From contig NC_068982.1 of the NCBI RefSeq assembly GCF_001194135.2, positions 111,393,965 through 111,457,964 on the forward strand: 64,000 nucleotides of DNA. The letters run 5' to 3'. This document shows positions 54,929-64,000 of the stretch, one piece after another. The notes beneath the pieces are model-generated. The model had not been told where the DNA came from. It did no database searches and saw only the letters and a program-made list of their open reading frames with translations. Positions within the stretch are counted from its first letter, which is position 1; the number at the start of each line of letters is the position of its first letter. This DNA comes from Octopus bimaculoides. Lineage: Eukaryota. The translations under genes and the position numbers were made by a program.

Positions 54929-56254
54929 GTTTAACGTCCATTTTCCATGCTGGCATGAGTTGGACGGTTTGACTGAGGTCTGGAGAGCCAGCAGCTGCAC
55001 CAGGCTCCAATCTGATCTGGCAATGTGTTCTATGGTCCTATTCAGTTGGTTGGCACAGCTGGATGCCCTTCCTAATGCCAACCACTCCAAGAGTGTATTG
55101 GGTGCTTTTTACATGCCACCAGCACAGGAGCCAGCCAGGAGGACCTGGCATTGACCACATTTGGATGGTACTTTTTACATGCCACCGGCATGGAAGCCAG
55201 TCTGGTGGTACTGGCATTGGCCACATTGAGTTGGTGCTTTTTATGTGCCACCGGCATGGGAGCCAGTCAGGTGGCACTGGCATTGATCATGTTCAGATGG
55301 TGCTTTTTACATGCCAGCAGCACAGGAGCCAAGCAGGGGGCACTGGCCACAGCTACAATATTGGTTTTACTTGACTCAACAGGTCTTCTGAAGCATATCA
55401 TATCGCCCGATGCATCAGGGGTATTTTTAACAGGGCCGGACATACGTGGCTGCGATCTCACTTTAGTTGCCAGATCTTCTCAATCACAGCATATCTCCAA
55501 TGGTCCCGGTCTCCTGTCATTGCCTCTGTGAGGCCCAATGTTCAAAGGTCATGCTTCACCAGCTCATCGCATGTCTTCCTGGGTTTGCCTCTTCCACAGG
55601 TTCCTTCTACATTTAGTGAGTGGCACTTCCTCTTCATTCATATGTAACACATTACCATACCAGCACAGACACCTCTCTTGCACACCACATTTGATGCTTC
55701 TTATGCCCAACTTTTCTCTCAGGGCACCTACACTCTTCCCATTTGAAAGCTAAATGTAGATTTCCTGCAAACTCTGTGGAAATTTATGAAACCTCTGAAC
55801 AGTTGAAATAAATTTGGAAATTAAAGTATATTGTTGATACACTTGCAGTATAAATGTTTAACTTATAACAAGTTATTGAAGTGGACATATTTTCCCCTCT
55901 GCAACAGTATACTGTCCTACAAGGTGCTGTCCCACTCAGAAGAAAGAATGAGATTTCTTTCTGTTATCTTCTTGACAAACAAAAAATGTTGCAATTCAGC
56001 ATTCAATTAGATTTGTATATTGTTTAAAGATTCAGGGAATTTTAAAAGTGAAATTAAAGCTTTTAGAAAAAGGAAATTTTCTGTTCTGCTCTGCATCAGA
56101 AGATTGTCTTATAAAAAGGTCACACAGTGGCACAGGTGACTTTGTAAAAACTAGAAGCTTCATTGCCCAAACAGTCAAAACATTAAGAAATTATTATGAG
56201 AAAAGCACTTCCGATTTTCCCCTCCGCCACATACAGAATACTGTGGAATGTACC
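51901..56254 (+). mobile_element. Decayed 4.35-kb TIR DNA transposon, Sola2-like, with a nested RTE
   Basis: TIRs 51901-51922 and 56233-56254 match 18 of 22 and start GGG. Flanks atac/acac match 3 of 4. Frameshifted K/R/E-rich ORF remnant from 53903 (MASSTERRKKFREKIRSDPIKLEEHKQKDREKKRRK...AFKSPQGFGARRAKNGLP*). Confidence 0.55.
54893..55745 (-). mobile_element. 5'-truncated RTE LINE with about 3.7 copies of a 66-bp tandem unit (55105-55340) in its 3' UTR
   Basis: RTE ORF2 end (WYG..LHM...EGTCGRGKPRKT) at 55440-55745, the shared UTR, and a (GAT)n tail at 54893-54928. Confidence 0.8.
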
Positions 56255-56821
56255 ACACATTCTTATGAAGATGCTAACTTTCAATCCTCCTTAACCATAA
56301 GCACAAGGATATCACAAAAATTTTAGACACCACATACCAAAAAAAAAAAAACACCTCTTCCATGACTAGAGATCTTGAAAACATCCTATGATGGAGATCT
56401 GGCAATCTAGTCTCAGTTAATGACAAAACAATCACTACACAGATCAAGGAAACAGTCTTGCATTGCACTACACTCAATACATAAGGACAACAACACAGCT
56501 AAGGCCCTCAAACTCACTTCAAATGCTGTACCTAAACAATTTCTGATGATCTTTTTAAGTATCTCAAATAATGCACCACAAAGACTAGGCTTTCTCCTCT
56601 AAGCTACAAAATACTTTTCCCTTGATCAGTTGCTGACTCTATAAAGTTCAAGAATGATCCACATTAGAGAATTGCTGGTATATCTGGGAAGGTGCTACAG
56701 CTCTACATAAACATGTAGCAATCACTGACTTACAGACATACAGCTTTTAGTTCTTGCTTCTTCTATCCATTTACTCTGAGTCAGTGAACTATCTCCAGCC
56801 AAGAACAATGCATCTACTACG

Positions 56822-57066
56822 TTATTTACAATTGACGGATATTTGTCTTCATCTTGTTTGTTGTTAACACGTTTTGGCTGATACACCCTCCAGCCTTCAT
56901 CAGGTGTCTTGGGGAAATTTCGACCCAGGGTTCTCATTCCTAAGGTATTTTTCTATGTTGTTGTCATTATCATTATTATTATTATTATTATTCAGGTCAC
57001 TGCCTGGAATCAAACTTGGAATCTTGGGGTTAGTAGCCTATGCTCTTAACCACTACACCACATGCC
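56822..57066 (-). mobile_element. tRNA-derived SINE (third family), left arm of an inverted pair
   Basis: Reverse complement reads ggcatgtggtgtagtggttaagagc...gtttgattccaggcagtgacc...ggaatgagaaccc. Another copy, with its head lost, at 20607-20860. Confidence 0.8.
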
Positions 57067-57072
57067 CGTGGT

Positions 57073-57206
57073 ATACACTTGCAGTATAAATGTTTAACAG
57101 GTTATTGAAGTGGACATATTTTCCCCTCCGCAACAGTATACTGTCCTACAAGGTGCTGTCCCACTCAGAAGAAAGAATGAGATTTCTTTCTGTTATCTTT
57201 TTGACA
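57073..57206 (+). repeat. Near-identical direct duplication of 55837-55977
   Basis: atacacttgcagtataaatgtttaac...gatttctttctgttatct..ttgaca is present at both sites, differing by a 7-bp indel and a few substitutions. Confidence 0.9.
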
Positions 57207-57495
57207 GGCATATGGCATAGTGGTTAAGGGTGCAGGCTACTAACCCCAAGATTCTGAGTTCGATTCCAGGCAGTGACATGAACAACAACGACGACAACGA
57301 CAACAACAACAACAACATCATCGAAAAATACCTTAGGAATGAGAACCCAGGTTCGAAATTCCCCCAAGACACCTGATGAAGGCTGGAGGGTATATCAGCC
57401 AAAACGTTGTGTTAACAACAAACAAGATGAGGATAAATATCTGTCAATTGTAAATAATGTACATAATTCCTCATCTCTTAAATATAGAACTGTAT
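57206..57495 (+). mobile_element. tRNA-derived SINE (third family), right arm of an inverted pair
   Basis: ggcatatggcatagtggttaaggg...gagttcgattccaggcagtgac...ggaatgagaacccaggttcgaaatt. Confidence 0.85.
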
Positions 57496-59284
57496 AATGC
57501 ATCTACTTCTCTTTCTCTCGTTATGTGTCCAAACCAAACTTGTTATTGCTCAATCCTTTCTTAAATATTTTCTGCAATTTGAGCAGAAGGACAGAGCTTG
57601 TTTTTTGGAACACCAATCTAATACAAAGAGAACATAGGTTCCATTTAGATACAGATTCCAAGGTTCTGAATACAACACATGGTCTGCTCTTTCTGCTAAC
57701 ACTCACATGGATACATAATTGAGAAGTTTGCTCCGTAATTATGTAGTGATGGATTCAATCATACTGCACAAATGTCTACTTCCATAGTTTTAAGCCAACA
57801 AGATCCGTTTAAGGAAAACAGGATAAATTCAATCTATGGAAGCCTAATGTACCTGATGAATCTTGGTTTCTCTCCCCCACTCCCATCCCCAGTTGCATTG
57901 ATGCTAGAATAATGTGATCTTTTGCCAATTCTTCACACTGTATCTTGAGTCACTGCACAATTTTAGTATGTGGTTGAAATGATACTTGCATTTCTTCTTT
58001 TGAGCTGCCATTTGCAGTTTGGAATAAAAAATATTTGTGATAAGAATAGACATTTTTTTCTTAGAAGTACATACATATATATATAGAGAGAGAGGTGGGG
58101 AGACCAGTGTGAAATGTTTCTTTCACTCCATCAGTCTTGGAGATTCTGCTCAGAACTAATCACCACCACAAAAAAGATATACACATAAAAAGTTCAATAA
58201 AATCCCAGTAATGATAGAGACCAGGATATATACCTACATCTAGGTCTTTTGCCTATTTCGTAACTGCTAATTCTCTATCTGCTAGTCCTCTTGCCTACTC
58301 GGTACACACTCATCTATTACCATCTCATCTATTAACCACACTATGCCACCAGCATGAGGGGAAACTCTAGATCTGTTCACACTCAATCCTCTACTACTAC
58401 TTGTAACTCTCTACCCCTTTGAGTAATGAAGGCTTGCAATGGGATCTGCTGATACCCAATATTACAGCTCCACTGACATCTCTCTCTCTCTCTCTCTCTT
58501 ACCATTCCTATCCTTATCACTCTTCACCTGCACTCATTTTTTTTTTATTTCTACATGTCATCCTTATTTCCACCCACCCCAGATTACTCATTATTTCACA
58601 ACCATTTTAACAATAATCTATTTGCTCTCTCTTTACCAGCTACCGTTACTAGCTCTCTCATTTCTTCCACCTCTTCCATACTGTCAACCTAATCACTTTG
58701 TCTTTGCCCCTCACACACAAACTCCTTTCTCCATGTGACCCAACTTCATTTTCTTTTTCTTCCATACAGTCACCTCAATCACTTCATTCTTCCTTTCTTC
58801 ATGTCACTCCAGCTCATCTTTTGCAATTGCCTTCTTTTCTACCCACTCTATTATTCATACTTCCTAGAACAGAGGCAACATTGAGCAGTGAAAATTTGTG
58901 TTTTGTGGTACAAGGTAACCTCACTAGTGTAGGTACCAAAAGAAACACCCAACATACTGTGAACTGGTTGTGGAACATGTAGAAAAACAAACATAGGGCC
59001 AAGAGGATCATTTAATCTTGTCCTGGTGAGAACATCACATCTTTAAAGCTAATACCATAATAAGATGCACCTCATACATTCTATGGAGTAATTGGAGTTA
59101 GGAAGGGCAACTAGACATAGAAACAAAGCCAAAAGGAAACATACAAACAAGATGTTGTCCTCAACCAATCTAAGAAGGCAATAATTCTGAATGATAAATA
59201 ACTATGACTAAGATAACCTATCCAACACATGCCAGCATGGATAGTGAACACAAACTGATGATGACAATATCTCTGTGCACGTGT

Positions 59285-59668
59285 GCATGTGAATATGTAA
59301 CTATGTGGTTAAGAAGTTTGCTTCTTCTCAAACACATGGCTCTAGGTTTAGTCTCACTACATAGCATCTTGGGCAAGTGTCTACTATAGCACTGGGCCAA
59401 CCAAAGCTTTGTGAATGGATTTGGTAAACAAAAACTGAATGAAGCCCAACATATGTGTGTGTATTTGTGTTTGTCCCCCACTACCACATGACAACTAGTA
59501 TTGGTTTCTCTACATCCTTGTAACTTAGCAGTTTGGAATAAGAGATTGATAGAATAAGTATCAGACTTTAAAAAAATTAAATACTAGGGTCAATTTGTTT
59601 GACTAGAGCCCTCCAAGGCAGTGCCCCAGTATTGCAGCAGTCCAATGACTGAAACAAGTAAAAGAAAA
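59285..59668 (+). mobile_element. tRNA-derived CORE-like SINE copy
   Basis: Colinear with 7596-7970. Partial copies at 3968-4136 (+), 32330-32475 (-), 45270-45450 (-) and 59680-59830 (+). Confidence 0.75.
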
Positions 59669-62600
59669 GATATGAGTTCATGGCATGGCTAACTAGTTGA
59701 GAAGTGCACTCCATAATCATGTGGTCCCAAGTTCACTCTGATTGCATACCATCTTGGACAAGTTCTTTTACTAGTCTCCAATCAACCCAAGCCTTGTGAG
59801 TAAAAGCAAGAAGATAGAAACTGTGTGAAAGGCTATGCAATGGACCACCTGTATTTTAAAGAGCCAGCTTTATGATACACTGTGTTATGCTGATTCTATT
59901 TCACTAAGAATTATATTAAGAATACAAGTGTTTGTGAAATTCTCAGCTACTGACGCTATAATTCAACGAGTAGGTAGTTCTGCTAATTAAGCAACTGGAA
60001 TACTCATCAATGAAACCAACAGCAGATCCAATTACTATATGTGCATATATGTACTCAAGCAAATACATTCAAAAATAAAATATACGCATACACACGTATA
60101 GTCTATTCCCACACATTAGTAACTGTTAAGTCTGAGCATCAGCCACATCAATTACACCTGTCTGAGAGGGTTCACAAAGGTGATGGGCTCTGTACCTCAT
60201 CTCCTAACTAATTTATATATTTAAAAAAATGACAGAGATGACTTCTTTACCAAGTTATTATTCTCTCAAAAGTTATCTCTCTATAGAATTCCACATTTTC
60301 TCACCAACATTTATTTCCACTAACTTAACACACCTGTCTCTACTGCTACTACAGCAGTCTTTTTTTTTTACTCTGAACCAACAAGCACTCAATGCCACTG
60401 CAACTTCTCTCATCACCCTTGCTATGTTACACCCTAAAACCCTGTATCAAATTAAACACTTTCAAAAATTGCAATTTTCAGGAATTCCAGTTCACACATT
60501 TTTCCATATACATACTGAACTGATTTACAAAAAAGTTCAAGCTGAACGTCAACTAGGTTGATTCCAGCAGTCTGAGATAGCTTACAAAAGGAATGGGTAC
60601 TAACTCTACTCCATTGATTAAATACAAACAATTAAAAAATTTTACTCTCTCTCTAATTACAGAAGTGCCACTAGAGGTTATAGGTTCTGGCATCACTGCA
60701 TTAATCTAAGCAAAAAAGCTAATAGAAAATTCAAAAACAGAAAACTACTACTGAATCAGCAGATAGGTTAAGTCTGATGTATTTAACTGAAGATATATAT
60801 CAAAAGTAAATGTCACAAACTATTACCCTTATAGCCAATGTCTTTGATTGATATACATCAAAGAATGTGCAAATTAAGAGCAGATTATAAGTAGAATTGA
60901 TAAAAGAAGTGTCATATTTCTATGCATATTTTATAACATTCAATACGCAAATGTACTTGCACATTAGGTAAAATTATAATTGTGTTCTCTATATGAGAAA
61001 GATAAAGCCTTTATCTTTTGAATGTTTGTTTCAATGTGAGCCATATATTATATTAGTTAAAAGAAAAAGAAAATGAATATTTTCAATAAACTTTTCATCA
61101 ATACTATTGAGTTCATATGAAATCAATGAAACAAGAAATCAATATTTTTGTTATATATGTGTTTAAAATCAATCTTTGAACTTCAGCCAATATTAGATTT
61201 GTAAATGAAAGTTTTCATTTCTTTCTTGTTACTGTCTTCATACCAATAAATCCTTATATGCTGTATCTGTAAGACACATTATAGTGTACTACTGGGAGAT
61301 TCAAGTCAGGTTTTATAAGTATCTTAAATAAATACAAGCTACTCATGGAGAAAGATATCAATAATTATATAACATGGAGCTCTATGTTTACTACTATCAG
61401 TGAGTGAACTATCTCAATATATTAACATTTGTTTTCTTTTGCTGATATGGCTACAATTCTACATTCTTCATGTATCTCACTTCACCTGAAGCTTAACATC
61501 TTCACATTTGGTTTGACTATTTAGATTAAACATCTTTAAAATTCTATGGTTACTTTGCAACAATCATATATCATCCATTCACATCCTATGTCTATATTTT
61601 TTATAACTCAGTTACACTCCCCTTTTCTCAGATCATACAACACATCTAAAATAACATATACTTTTCCCATGCAGCCACTACACAGTCTCTCGATAAGTCT
61701 TCTCCCAAGAATGCCTTTAGGGTAATTTATTAAAGAGATTTATTAGAGTATCATCATACCCATTTTTTTTACCCCTTATTTTTTACTACATTGTTATATT
61801 TAAATCCAATGTTACAAATCTGAATTAGCTACGCCTAACTGATACAATTAACTGTCCTGTAAAAAAAAACACACAGTATATACATGGATGGGGTATTTAA
61901 TTTTCAACTACATACACATATAAAAAAAAAATACAAACTGTTATAGAAAAATCTAAGTTTTAGACAAACAAGGAAATAGAAAGGAACATGGCTGAACAAC
62001 TTCTGTAAACAGCTTTACCAGTTTGATTACCCAGCCTTACCACTGGGAACATAAAATGTAGCATCCACTAATTTCTGCTTAGTATCATCCCTGAATTCAG
62101 TGTTATATTAATAAGAATAGGCTTAACATGAAAGTTACCAGGAAGTTGATATATTTTGATTGATACTGCAGGACTAGTGTTGAGTTAACAACTGCAAAGC
62201 TGTCCAATAGTTTCACACTTTCTTGCCATTTTTTACCTTTGGGGTGGGGGAGGAGATGGGGGGTTAACATTTTTAACCCTGGCTGTACAGCTTTCTTTCA
62301 ATCCAATAGTTAAAGGGTTTTGATATAATTAATTATTACTGTAAAGAATGTGATATATGCAATGCTAAGATCAATGAAATAGCTATACAACATGTTTTAC
62401 TGAATATTTATTGTAACGGTCATTTCAAATTTTCCTTTTAAAAACTTCAACAATTTCTTTTAATAATAATCCTTTAGAGTGGATGTCAACTGAAAGTGGA
62501 ATAGGATTAGGGTAAAAGGACCTACTTACCGAAGACAACAATGACACTTCTCTTCTAATGAGGTTTACAGAATTGGGCCTTATTCAAAAGCATAATATAA

Positions 62601-64000
62601 TACCTACTTAGAGTAAAGTATATTTATAGAAAACCTATTTATAAATGCAGATATTCATAAACATTTGTATTATATTGTTTAGCCATAGGTTCAACACTGA
62701 TTTTCAACCTTATGACCAAAAGCATAAACATCCCATTTTTATCAGAGTATGTACACTGCATTAACTGAAGTGTCCAAATTTAAGAAAATAAGTTTGCTTT
62801 TGAAGGAGATTTAGGTGCTATCTCTAGTAAGTTGAATGACTAAGTAGTTTCTTTCACTGACACAATAAAAAATTTATGCTTCTTCCATCAATATTTTTTG
62901 CATTATACTCTGATGTCTGTACTGATATCATTAACAGCAAGCAAGTAGTTTTATCAAGTACAGTTTAATATTTTAAATGTTACAACTCTCATCAGAAGAA
63001 GATTTGAACTTAAGAAGAAAAAATATTTTGAAGGCAGCTATAAAAATAAACAAAACTTTTAGTTGGCCATAATAAGGTCCAAATGCTGGTGCAGTTCACT
63101 GAACCAACTATAAACCATGACTGCAACTGTGCTATTCTCTCACAAATGATGAACTTCTCCACCAATGCTTTTCGCCCTACACTGGAATTCATTTCCACAA
63201 GATGCAACACTTTTGTTAGCTCTCTAAATATTTATTTCTATCAACAATATCCACCTGTCCATCTCTACACACAATAAGACCACTGGTTTCCAATTGTATA
63301 TCAATTATTCTTCCTCACACCATATACAACAAATCTATCTTCTCTTAATTTCTTTGTCTCCACTGAATGTGCAACAGCAACTCTGACTTTCACTAAATCC
63401 AAGGAGATGCACCTCTTCCATGATCTCAAGGGTTCTGTTCCAAATACCTTTCTTAGAACCCCCAGCTACCAACTAATCTAGCATGCTCCTACTGAGAACA
63501 CATACACCTGCAAACTGAATTCTCCTCTCTTATTTTCCACCTAACTACCCTTCTACCATAACATCTACTTTCTCTCTGACCCTGTAAACTCTTCGATATT
63601 TTCTACACCACCTCATCTCTCCTTCAAAAGAGACTGAAATTTCTAAAGCTGCTTTAGAAGTTTGCAGCCACATTCAGTTTGGTATTTCAAATGTTCTTGT
63701 CCTAAATGCCATACTTGCCCCTTTGTCTCAGACACCACAACCATAACTGACTCAAAATACCAGAACATCATCACTCAACACTTTAGTTGCACTTCTACAA
63801 ACATCAGCTATTGCACTACTAACTTTGCAATGTATTATATGATAGGAAAATTGTCATGCTGATACATGACTATTTTTGAAAACAATCTCATGACATTTTC
63901 CATTGGATTCTGGGCAGACTCATAGCCCATATTTCAACTTCTCTGGGTACTCTACTCATCATATCTCAATGTCTGAAGTTCATGAATACCACAGTACCCA

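Noticed and set aside
55038-55531. Several overlapping repeat-containing ORFs
   Set aside because: Products of the 66-bp tandem unit in an RTE UTR.
62524-62600. Strong minus-strand donor G|GTAAGT preceded by RPNSVNLIRREVSLLSS
   Set aside because: No dynamin similarity and no clear acceptor. Consensus donors occur by chance.

Overview
AT-rich eukaryotic genomic DNA with many microsatellites and four N-gaps (3254-3393, 14470-14503, 34110-34119, 39969-40441). The repeat landscape suggests a cephalopod such as Octopus (inference). The window lies inside one minus-strand classical dynamin gene (DNM1/shibire type). I reconstructed 13 consecutive in-phase GT-AG coding exons from 44832 down to 12754 (1605 nt, about 535 codons), covering the GTPase domain, the middle/stalk domain and most of the PH domain. 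Exon 1 and the 3' exons (end of PH, GED, PRD) were not found in the window. The main observation is a second, divergent and fully open copy of the last PH-domain exon at 703-809, 12 kb further downstream. It has the same splice phases, and including both copies creates a stop codon. This points to a mutually exclusive exon pair that swaps part of the lipid-binding surface of dynamin. The upstream copy is followed by two TGCATG (Rbfox-type) motifs and an ACTAAC (QKI-type) motif. The introns contain 5'-truncated RTE LINEs with minisatellite-expanded 3' UTRs, several tRNA-derived SINE families, Tc1/mariner, pogo and hAT remnants, a palindromic mariner derivative and a decayed 4.35-kb TIR transposon (Sola2-like). 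Exon numbers are my own, counted from the expected but unseen exon 1.
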